NCBI GenBank assembly: GCA_964252035.1
Contig: OZ176201.1
Strand: one strand, 5' to 3'
Length of the DNA: 64,000 nt
Origin: Podarcis erhardii
Taxonomy: Eukaryota
Of this stretch, positions 13,376-23,190 are shown in pieces. Position 1 is the first letter of the stretch. Each line of letters opens with the position of its first letter. Under the pieces are notes generated by a model that saw only the letters and a list, made by a program, of their open reading frames with translations, was not told the DNA's origin and ran no database searches. A program made the position numbers and the translations under genes.

Positions 13376-13530
13376 CGTTGACCACCAGCTGGAGACTGAT
13401 GCTCTTCTCCAGTCCAGCCGGCCCGTTCTTCAGAACCAACGTGTAGGAGCCAGAGTTCTGCTCTGCCACATCCTTGATCTGCAGGGAATATTGAGACTGC
13501 CTGTTGGAAATTAACCTTCCGTCCTTAAAC
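13376..13530 (-). CDS. FLT4: FLT4 exon 9 (FKDGRLISNRQSQYSLQIKDVAEQNSGSYTLVLKNGPAGLEKSISLQLVVN)
   Basis: 155 nt with CAG acceptor after a (CT)n tract and CG|GTAAGG donor. Ig I-set pattern. Confidence 0.96.
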
Positions 13531-13689
13531 CTGGGCAGAAGCAGAGAGAGAGAGAGAGAGGTGTGTGTGTGGATTAGCACGTTCCTCCCAAAAGGCAGTC
13601 ACAGGGCTTCAGTCCATGGCAGGAGGCACTTCCTCAAAGGGAGGCCTCTCACGAATTCCTCCCCTTCCAGGAAAAGCTTGCTGCGTTTT

Positions 13690-14170
13690 CTGGCCAAAGG
13701 GAAAACACTGACAACCACCCAAGGCAAAATTCAGATGTATAAAATGCAGGGGAAATTAGGTTTGCAATGTAATGTCAAATTACGTAATTTGCATTTCTCA
13801 AAACAATACAAGATCACAAAACACAGCTTTTCCTCAAAATCCACACTTCTCCAAATTTTGCAATGCATTATCAAACCAAAGAATGATTCTAAAAAATGTA
13901 TATGCAAGGGTAAATATGTGCATTTAAAAATACATACGTTAGTGAAGATAACATCCAAAAATGTTACGGAAAATCACTTGCAAAATTGTGTTTAATAGGT
14001 AAAATTGTAAAAATGTACATAGGAGAAGTGCATACTAAAATTCTGATAAATTTTCATGAGAATTTTTTTTTAATTGTAAACTGAAATGGAAGTATGGAGA
14101 ACTGACTGTGAGATTGGAAAAAAGGGAGAGGAAAAAAAGGAGAGAAATTTAAAATGACAGGCGTGTCCTG
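13690..14170. mobile_element. AT-rich degenerate interspersed repeat (probable old DNA transposon)
   Basis: AT-rich segment with similar-looking pieces near 20010-20280 and 30720-30870. No clean TIR or TSD resolved. Confidence 0.35.
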
Positions 14171-14965
14171 CCCTTATGAAATGACACTTCACTGCCTTGT
14201 GGTATCTTGCAAAAGTGCCATTTATGGCAAGTCATTGCTACATAGCTGAGCAAGGGGCTGAAGTGAAGGGCTTATACTACTTATAATTTTACACACAGCA
14301 CAAGCTGATATGACAGAATGAAGTGAGTTTGTGAGAGATGGAATCCACTGGCTGATCAGAATGAGATCAGGATATATGTGGCACCCCCAGGGAGCTCAGC
14401 TATTATCCCTCTGACTGGGACTGAGGTGCAAGTCTAGACCCAAACACTTGCCACCTCAGTACCAGATTCCACGACTTTCCCTTAGTCAGGAGGGCATCAG
14501 CTTTCTGAAAGTGTTAACAGGTGTTTACATAGCCACAGGGAATGTGAGACAGCACTTGTGTGTGGGTGGAGAACATTTGTGTGTTTGTGTGGCGTGCGTT
14601 TGCCAACAAAGCGAATGATGAGAAAGATTGTTTCTCCCTGTCTCTAACGTCTGCCAGAACTCTGGAGAAAAGACGAGGAAGAATTTTTATGTCTCCGGTG
14701 CAAAGAATGGCCTGCTTTGCTATACAATGTTAAAATGGTGGGTAATGAGTCAAGCTTAAGGATCACGGCAGTCAAGAAGAATCGCTCAGGTTTTGAAACA
14801 GACCTCCAAATCAGAACCCTCAAGCCGTGTGGGAGGGCAGTGTCACTCCTCTCACAAAATCGATTTCAGCAAGACAGGGGCCTTTCTCCTCCTCTTTTCC
14901 CCTTCTCTACAAAGGTCAACCCTGAAGCCTGCTAAGCCCATATGCTAAGAGGGGGAGTGCATTAC

Positions 14966-15083
14966 CACTGGAACTCAGGCTGGGGGTAGGCAACCACTTT
15001 CACCGGCAGCTTTGCCATTTCATCTCCTGCTGTTGCTTCAATCACTGGACCCTTCCTCCACTCCACATTGATGAAGGGTTTCT
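14966..15083 (-). CDS. FLT4: FLT4 exon 8 ([40 protein letters not shown])
   Basis: 118 nt with CAG acceptor and TG|GTAATG donor. Start of Ig D4. Not captured by the ORF track; read manually. Confidence 0.97.
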
Positions 15084-15720
15084 CTGTGAAAACCAGACAG
15101 ATAAGAGAGAAGAAGAAAGCAGGGTGAAAGCTGTGAGATGAGCATGCTGGAGCTACAGCAGAGATTAGATAGCATTAATCCATACACATAGTAGAAGTAT
15201 GCACTGCTTGGAAATAAACATCATGTATGCACAGATGCCCATTATATACTGAATCTGTGTATCCATGCATTTGTGCAGACATGAGAACAGTTGTTCACAC
15301 TGATTCACAGTTTGCTCTGTGAAGGTACAGGGACCTGTATTTCTTAAACGCTGACAATGCTACCATGCCTTATCCTGCAAATAACCTTGCATCGGATGGA
15401 TATTTTAACTAACCCTTACCGCTACCTTTGCCAGAACTTTTCAGCTCAAGTAAAAGTTTTCATTGTATGGGTGGTGGTTAGTTTATAGTTACTACCTATA
15501 GAATGACACAGGCATAAGGAGGGCAAGTGGACAGTTTCAGCTGCTATAAAAATGGCAGTCCTTAGAGAGAAAGGGAACATCTGTTCTGACATCAGTGATA
15601 ATATGGAGTTTGGTATCAGTACCAGCATGACTTAACTCAGAATCATGTCAGGTTACTCCTGGGAACATACAGTATCCTTTGCTGTTGTCTAGCAGGAGCA
15701 TTTCTCTCCCTCTTTCTTAC

Positions 15721-15774
15721 ACACTTACACACACTTACACACACACACACACACACACACATACACACACACAC
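15721..15774. repeat. Interrupted (CA)n microsatellite in intron 7
   Basis: Direct reading. Confidence 0.9.
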
Positions 15775-15960
15775 GTTTTCATATGGCAGGGAACAGAGGA
15801 CAAAAGGTCAGTCTTCACAGGAAGTTCCCCACTGCTTCCTTTATCATGTCTGATCTCCACTGTTTCACAAAGACACCAGCTGCCTTTAAACTGTTTGCCA
15901 CCATGCTAACACACCAAAAGCACCTACAAGGTTTTCTTATCCTGAGTTAATGGTTTTTAC

Positions 15961-16132
15961 CATGTACGATGACATCTATGCTCTCCTTCAAGTCTTGCTC
16001 CCCATTGCTAGCCTTGCATGTATATTTTCCCAGGTCTTGTAGGCTCACATTTTGGATGATCAAGATGCTGGAAAGTTCAGTGTGTGTCTGCTGGGAGCGC
16101 CTCTCAGGCAGTTCTGTGACTTTCCGGTTCAT
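15961..16132 (-). CDS. FLT4: FLT4 exon 7 ([57 protein letters not shown])
   Basis: 172 nt with CAG acceptor and G|GTAAAA donor. [16 protein letters not shown] matches VEGFR3. Confidence 0.97.
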
Positions 16133-16219
16133 CTGCCAGAAGAAGGCAACAGAAGGAAAAGAATAAACATATAAGATATTAGGAAATATAAAGCTTGGAG
16201 TACGCCCTCCCCACCGCAG

Positions 16220-16352
16220 CAGGCTTCCCCAACCTGGTGCCCTCCTGGTACTTTGGACTACTCACACCAACCCCAGCCGGAAGACAAACAGTCAGGGATG
16301 TTGGAAGTTGTAGTCAAACAATACCCAGAGGGCACCAGGTTGGAGAAGGCTG
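16220..16352. mobile_element. Short hairpin MITE (hAT, MER3/URR1-like)
   Basis: Imperfect TIRs CAGGCTTCCCCAACCTGGTGCCCTC / GAGGGCACCAGGTTGGAGAAGGCTG. TSD not preserved. Confidence 0.7.
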
Positions 16353-16654
16353 ATTTAAAAGGGGAATGACAGAGTAGTCAAAAACCTAATCCCAGCTGGT
16401 AAAGTAAACTTGTATCTGGGCTAAACCACATCAGCTAGCAAGGGAGCTCAGATGACTGGATGTTCCTTCATACAAGAGGATTCTTTGTGTATAGGAAAAC
16501 CACCATTTCAAGGAGAGTTTTAGGCTAAAAAGTTTTTCCCTAACACTTTAGCTTGATGTGGAGGGATATTTTGTACATGCATAGAAGAACCTCCAGACAT
16601 ATAAGGTATTGCATAACTGTGTGGATGTGAAATGCGAACACCTCTGCAAACACA

Positions 16655-17125
16655 TATGGTGACTGGGGACGGCCGCCGAGACCACATAACAATGGTCTTG
16701 AAAGACCTACATTGGCTCCCAGTACATTTCCAAGCATAATTAAATGTGTTGGTGTTGACCTTTAAAGCCCTAAACGGCCTTGACCCAGTATACCTGAAGG
16801 AGTGTCTCCACCCCCATCGTTCTGCCCGGACACTGAGGTCCAGCGCCGAGGGCCTTCTGGCAGTTCCCTCATTGCGAGAAGCAAAGCTACAGGGAACCAG
16901 GCAGAGGGCCTTCTCGGTAGTGGCGCCTGCCCTGTGGAACGCCCTCCCATCAGATGTCAAAGAGATAAACAATTACCTGACATTCAGAAGACATCTGAAG
17001 GCAGCCCTGTTCAGGGAGGTTTTTAATGTGTGACATTTTAATTTATTTTTGGTCTTTGTTGGAAGCTGCCCAGAGTGGCTGGTGAAACCCAGCCAGATGG
17101 GCGGGGTACAAACAAATAATAATAA
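16655..17125 (+). mobile_element. 5'-truncated L2 LINE (ORF2 C-terminus + 3'UTR)
   Basis: Translation VLTFKALNGL..YLKE.L...RTLRS...RAFSVVAPALWNALP...TFRRHLK is the typical L2 ORF2 end, followed by the L2 tail and (AAT)n. Confidence 0.9.
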
Positions 17126-17444
17126 GGAGTCAAGAAGAAAAAGGAGCGATGAAGACGAGCATAGGCAAGTCTACAGGGTGGGTCAATAGGGGAGCAAAGA
17201 CTCTCACTGTGACTTGGAGGAGGCAAGTCTCCTTTTTCTATCACCCTAGCTTGCTTCCCCAAAGAAACTCCTGCACGGGAGCCTCCCTCTACATGACACC
17301 TTGGATGTCATTTAGCCTGCTCAGCAAAATGTCCCAGAAATGTTGGGGATGGAGCCTACGGCGACAGCAACCTTTGGGGCAGGGCTGGCATACACGTCTT
17401 TCTCTACACCCATTCTATTAAACATATGAGTAGGGCTGTTGTGA

Positions 17445-17622
17445 TACAGAAAGCTGCCTTTTACCAAGTTAGAACCATTGCTTCCTCCAGCTCAGTACTG
17501 TCTACACTGACGGACAGCATCTCTTCAGGGTTTCAGGCAGGGGACAATTCACAGCTCTACCTAGAGATGCCACAGATCTTCTGCATGCACAGCAGATGCT
17601 GTGCCAGAGAGCTGCAGCCCAT
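17445..17622. mobile_element. tRNA-derived squamate SINE (Squam3-like), degraded
   Basis: AAGCTGCCTT...CTCAGTACTGTCTACACTGAC...CAGGGTTTCAGGCAGG...TTCTGCATGCA.AGCAGATGCT. Related pieces at ~30200-30290 and ~57300-57390. Confidence 0.5.
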
Positions 17623-17844
17623 CCCAACAGTGATGGAGGTGTCAGGGATATTGTGAACGCAAACATGCCCCAAACTGGATTGAATTGGCATGTACTCAGG
17701 AAGGCACTGCTATTTCATTTTTTCTCTGCAGGGAGTAAATTTAGGGGGAAAGGAAGGCTGCAAGTAACAAGACAGAGAGTACAAGGAACATCAGATGTGA
17801 CTATACCAGTATAATTAGGTTTGTCAACTATGCATGAATTGGAG

Positions 17845-17870
17845 TGTGTGTGTGTGTGTGTGTGTGTGTG
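17845..17870. repeat. (TG)13 microsatellite in intron 6
   Basis: Direct reading. Confidence 0.95.
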
Positions 17871-17962
17871 TTCTGCTTCCACTCCATGGATCCAAAATTA
17901 AAAGTAGTGCACACAAACCACTCATAGAAGCAAAAACTGAATAGGATAATGTCAATTCCTAC

Positions 17963-18102
17963 CTGTTTCGCAGGGTAATCCCACTGGAAATCAACTCCCG
18001 AATTAAACTCAGCCCATACTGTACAGTTGAGATATAGTTTTTCTCCCACTAGAAGCTCCATGGCCTTCCTTGGAAACAACTGGATGTCATAAAGTTCATT
18101 CC
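17963..18102 (-). CDS. FLT4: FLT4 exon 6 ([47 protein letters not shown])
   Basis: 140 nt with CAG acceptor and CAG|GTAGGA donor. Highly conserved [13 protein letters not shown] of Ig D3. Confidence 0.98.
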
Positions 18103-19317
18103 CTGGTGTAAAAGTAAGGCAACTACTTAAACAAATACAGTTTTTCCTTGGGGGGGGGGGACAGAACTCTTGCTACAAAATTGTAACAAATTTATAAAAA
18201 AATAAAATCAAACCACACAACACAGGCTCATTGGTCTAAGATGCCCCCCACCATATATTTGCTTAATTCTGTAGCCATTTGTCTGTGTTATCAAACTACT
18301 GTGGTTCTGGATGGTCAAACCTCCTGCCTTAAAAGTTTGTTGATTACTTCCTTATTCAAATGTCAATTGACATCCTACAGAATAATACAAGATATATGCA
18401 GGGAATAGGAATGAGGGTGTGCCATATCAAAAAGTGCATTTTGAACAAGGAATATGTGCCCATTTGAAGGGGTAACGATGACTGCCATTGTAGATAGAAC
18501 AGACAGAATGTGAGGGTTTATTTGCACCCAGACATTGCTTATTTTGCTTCCTTATTTTTAAACTTTAATTTCATTTCACGTCATCCTACCTTATTCTGAA
18601 ATGTTCTCTGATGCCACCGGCTGCCTGTTCCCAAGATTGTGAATGCATGTGTGTTTTGGATTTTAATATGTAAACGTGCATCTATCATAATTAGGGGCAG
18701 GGCGAGGTCATGTTGGAGTGGCAGCACCTCAGACAGCTCCGCAGTGACTACTTGTTCTGATGATGCCTGAAACCCATCCAAGTCTCCTACCTTTGGCTTG
18801 GTTGCCAGCTTCTGCCCTCACTGAGATGGATGGAGAAGTTTAAAGGGACAGTCCCTGTTCCTGGAGTGATACACTACTCGGCCAATGCCTATCCACATCT
18901 AGTGGTATCTTGGCCAGGCATGGAGACTAATAAGCCCCTAAGAGTAAGGACAGTTGTGCTGCTGTAGGGGCCTATGGCTCAGAGGGAACTGGAGGTGATT
19001 GTCTGGGTGATTAGGTCCAGAACCAGCACCTGGAGCCTGTGCCTGGAGCCTTCCTCACCTTCTAAATCAATCCTTCAATCATGGCTTGAAGCCATGGACA
19101 TGACAATTGAAGCTGTTTGTTGATGATGTAGCAGGCAAACCAGAGGCATTTATAAAACAAAACAAGCCTTCTGGTCATAGCAGGTTTCATAATCACATTA
19201 CAAAGGGACTGCAGCAAGAATGGCTGGAAGCCTCATGTGTGAAAAATGGTTGTCGTACTGCCTGAGCACTTTTAAGAGGTCGATTGTCACAGTGACTGAC
19301 TCTGTTCCAAAATTCAC

Positions 19318-19480
19318 CTGCAATGTGGACAAGGAAGAAACTTGATTTGCGGGGCTTCGTATCAATCAAAGTTTCGCACTCAACAAACAAGGAGTCCTTG
19401 ATCAGGTGAGTGGGGACCAGCATTCCTTTTTTGTTGTCCCAAAGAATGTTCTTCCCGTCCGGATATATGGGAGAGGTTGT
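19318..19480 (-). CDS. FLT4: FLT4 exon 5 (TTSPIYPDGKNILWDNKKGMLVPTHLIKDSLFVECETLIDTKPRKSSFFLVHIA)
   Basis: 163 nt with TAG acceptor and CAG|GTGAAT donor. PDG...WD..KG motif of VEGFR D2; phases are consistent. Confidence 0.96.
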
Positions 19481-20288
19481 CTAGAAACAGATAAATTATT
19501 TTTAAGAGACGTGCAGGGTGATATCATTACTACTGCATCCTCCATTTCTTTGAAGAGCTATTCAAGACTAGTTCCAATATTTCACACCTGAAGGGGGTGG
19601 GGAAATCCCTCCAAACTTATAGAGAGCTTTCTGTTACAGTATGTGACCCTGTGGTTTATTTTGAGGGGGGTGGTGTCTACTGACACCCCCAACATAAATC
19701 CAAATGTACTTCCAATGAAGCTTTGGTCATGCGACTATTGCGATTCTAGGAGAGGAAGAGGCAAGAAAAATGGCTGAGAGGACAGCTTGCCCAAAGAGTG
19801 AAGGAGTGAACCAAAGAGTGAATTTACGACACTGGTGAGGTTACATTGTGCACAGGCTGCCATTTCCCTCAGGTAATGGAAATTGGTTCTGGCCTTCCAG
19901 GACTAATGTTTCTTTTTGCATTTCATAAGAAGTGTAAATACAGCAGCAAATGAAACAGTGTGCTGGTCCTTTCCATAGTTTCCCAGGACTCTTGTAGTAT
20001 TTCAAGCATTGTTAAGAACCGGGAAACCCTTTAAAAGATTGCAGCTTATGCATTTTAGCAAAGGGCTGCTTCACATGCTATATTTGGGTGTGCACCAAAT
20101 AGGTTGTAAAACTGTAAAATGTAAGCAAAGATGTATTTTCAAAAACATGCATCATACAGGAACAAACATCAGGGGTTATGATTGGATGCATCTCCCAGAA
20201 AAGTGTATACTTGATGGAACAATGCATGTGAAATGGTTCTCACAGCCTGCAGAAAGTGGAGTACGACCCCCAGAAAAGGAGAACTGCA

Positions 20289-20392
20289 TAATAATAATAA
20301 TAATAATTTATTATTTGTACCCCGCCCATCTGGCTGGGTTTCCCCAGCCACTCTGGGCGGCTTCCATAAAAACCAGAAATACACTAAATTGA
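20289..20392 (-). mobile_element. L2 LINE 3' tail, inverted
   Basis: Reverse complement of the tails at 701-820 and 17060-17112, with a (TAA)n end. Confidence 0.82.
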
Positions 20393-20487
20393 TGCTGGTG
20401 TGCCAGAAAATGAAGCCTTAGAGATAACTGAATATATATCTATGAAATGTTTTCCTCCCCTCCCTAGGAGTTCCACTTCCTTCTCCA

Positions 20488-20613
20488 GATTATAATATAT
20501 TATAATGCTGGAGTATCTCTTCAGAGAAGATCATTAACACTGTAGAGTGGGATTATAATATATTATAATGCGGGAGTATCTCTTCAGAGAAGATCATTAA
20601 CACTGTAGAGTGG
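20488..20613. repeat. 63-bp direct tandem duplication
   Basis: Units 20488-20550 and 20551-20613 differ at one base. Confidence 0.95.
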
Positions 20614-20954
20614 GAATGGGTAATCTGTAATGTTGTTGGGACTGCAGTTCCCACCCTCCCCCTGACCATTTGCCATACTGGCTGGAGCTGATGAGAGTTG
20701 GAGGGCGGCTGTTTCAGAGCAATCTGAAGGGACTCTGAAATCAGCAGTGCAAGGGAATCCAAAATGGGGGAACCACAACTGTTACTGGGAAACATCCACA
20801 GGGGTTACATCCAGGGATTTCATCCAGATTTGCAAGGACAACACCTTTAGTGGGTTTCTTTCTTTTCACATACACACCCCCAGGTGTTTTCTCTGTTCCC
20901 CTTCACACTGAAATAAGGCAGATTCCTGAGTCATCCCGCAGGGAGATTTCTTAC

Positions 20955-21067
20955 CGAGAGCAAAGTGATGTTAAGGTCTGGAATAGATACCAGGCATGGG
21001 ACCCAGATATTCTCCTTCTTGTAGATAAGAAGAGCCTCTGGTTTATTGATAAATGGCCGCTCATAAT
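20955..21067 (-). CDS. FLT4: FLT4 exon 4 (DYERPFINKPEALLIYKKENIWVPCLVSIPDLNITLLS)
   Basis: 113 nt with CAG acceptor and GTAAGA donor. PFINKP and WVPCLVSIP motifs of Ig D2. Confidence 0.97.
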
Positions 21068-22994
21068 CTGAGAATGAAAGAAGAGCCGCAGAATTGGAGA
21101 AAACAAGGAAAATATACCGTAGTTATTTTTTCCCCTTGCTGCTTTTTTTTTAAAAAAAATAAAGTTAGCTAAAATCTGCAGGACATTGTACTGAGTCAGG
21201 CACAAATATGAGATGGGAAATGTATGAACAGTCTTATTGTGCAAATCTATACATGCCTACTCAAAAATAAGTACCACTTATTTCAGTGGTAGTTACTCCC
21301 AGGCAAAAAGGTATAGAATTACAACCTTAGGTTACCAGTTCATTTAATCATCATCATGATCAACAACAACGAAAGGGCACCCAGAAAGCAAAGGGAATCA
21401 TAGTAAACTTTAGGAAACTGCCTATGTTTCCATTAACTCAGGCAGCAGACCTGTGTGTAGCTATAATATGTTTAGCTGTTTTTGTTAATTTAAGTTGTCT
21501 GCTTAATTCTTATTTTGAATTCAGTGCTCTGTGGTAGTATGTTCTAGTAATCACTTCAGATGTGAGTTATAATGGACAGAGTGCTTGATTTGAAAGGGGG
21601 AGATCTGGATTTAAATCTCTGCTCAACCAAAGTGTCTATCGCAGAATAACCTATATAGGGTTTTTGAGAGGACAGAATAGGACAGCCCCATATATACCTT
21701 TATGAGCCCCTCAGAGAAAGGACAGGATGGAAATTAGTTAAGTATAAGTCTGAATATGGGTACTACTGCTAATCTCTTTAGCATGAATAATGCCTTTCCC
21801 CAATCTTTTTAGCTTCATAACTCAGCAATTTCCATGCCCTGACTTGCAGAACAATAACATGAGTCAGGAAAGTAGGCCAACTGCCTTTCATGTCTGTTTT
21901 GTCAATCCAATTTATCAGCAGCCAAGCTTAGAATGCTCCTGCTTATTGTCTTTCTTGACATTAAGAGAAAACTCTTTTCCCCACAGAAGCATTCAAGAAA
22001 TTTTTATTGCTCCTTTCTTTTTCAGTATATTTGGAATTAATAGATTATCCTGCAGTGTAGAATTTTAGAAAAGGGAATAAGGAGGCCGGGGGAGCAAGCC
22101 ATACGATAGCTCAATGGCAACTTGGATTTCATGTGGCCAGATTTCCTTACAGAATTCCTGTAGTTAAGGCTGATCTATACAAATCCATTGTTGTGGCCAT
22201 GAGCTTAGCATAGTAGAAACAACAAAACCCCTATTCCCCAAATTCCATTTAAAAAACCACAAATTCGAATGCTAAAATGAAGACACAAAGAAAGCTTCAG
22301 AGAACCTTCTCCACATGCGTGGAGAGGCTGGCAATCTTCTTTAACCCACACAGTCATATCCAGTGTCAGTGTGGACTCCAGATTACAACTCTGGCTTTAA
22401 AAGGCAGAAGAAAAAATGGACGGTGTTTTTTTTAAAATGTCTGTCACTCACGGGCTACAGTGAAGCTCCCCACCTATGCATGACAACTGTGTGGGTGTCC
22501 ATGCGGTGCTCTAGCATTGCCCCTAAAGGCAGAGAGAGTGCTGGACTCAGGCCTCAGACGCTTTTTAAGGTCCTAGCTGCTATCATCATTATATTCTCAT
22601 AGAGATGAGCAGAATGAATGATATACTCCCATGCTACTAAAATACCCAGGAAGTACCTGTGAATGGTATTTGGGCTGCCTATTTATTGGCTAACACAAAC
22701 AAAATAATGTAATGGAACAATTTGGAATGGAAGATCTCTCTTTTCTGCTGCATAGAACCATAAAGGGATTGTGTCAGTTTACTTGGTATCTTGATTTGTT
22801 TTCATCGTACCATATACAGTATTTTAAATCAGTGAATATTAGAAACTGTATGATTTTGGCATTTTAATTCGCTTGTACTGGGTCTGTGACATGATGCAAA
22901 TTGCGGAAGCTATCCTAGGAGGTCAGTGACAATAAATGTACCATTCCCCATCCCTTTGACAACTCAGATATCAGACCATAGTTTATGTACTTAT

Positions 22995-23190
22995 TACATT
23001 TATAACCTTCCACTAAGAAGCTCAGGCCAGCATACGCTGGTCTCCCTGCCCCGCTTCTTATCCTCACAACAACCCTGTGAGGGAGGTTAGGTTGAGAGAT
23101 AGCAGCTGGCCCAAGACTCTATGTATAATGAATGAGGTTTTGAACTCAGGTCTTCCTGATCCTAGTCTGACATTCTAACCACGCTGCCTC
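22995..23190 (-). mobile_element. MIR/CORE-like SINE
   Basis: TTATCCTCACAACAACCCTGTGAGG.AGGTTAGG.TGAGAGA...TTTGAACTCAGGTCTTCCTG..CCTAGTC pattern. Confidence 0.6.

Noticed and set aside
13504-13995. 163-aa plus-strand ORF
   Set aside because: Runs through a microsatellite and an AT-rich repeat; no ATG-anchored structure or recognisable domain.
16520-17033. 150-aa and 95-aa ORFs as a possible nested gene
   Set aside because: They are the antisense and sense readings of a truncated L2 LINE ORF2.
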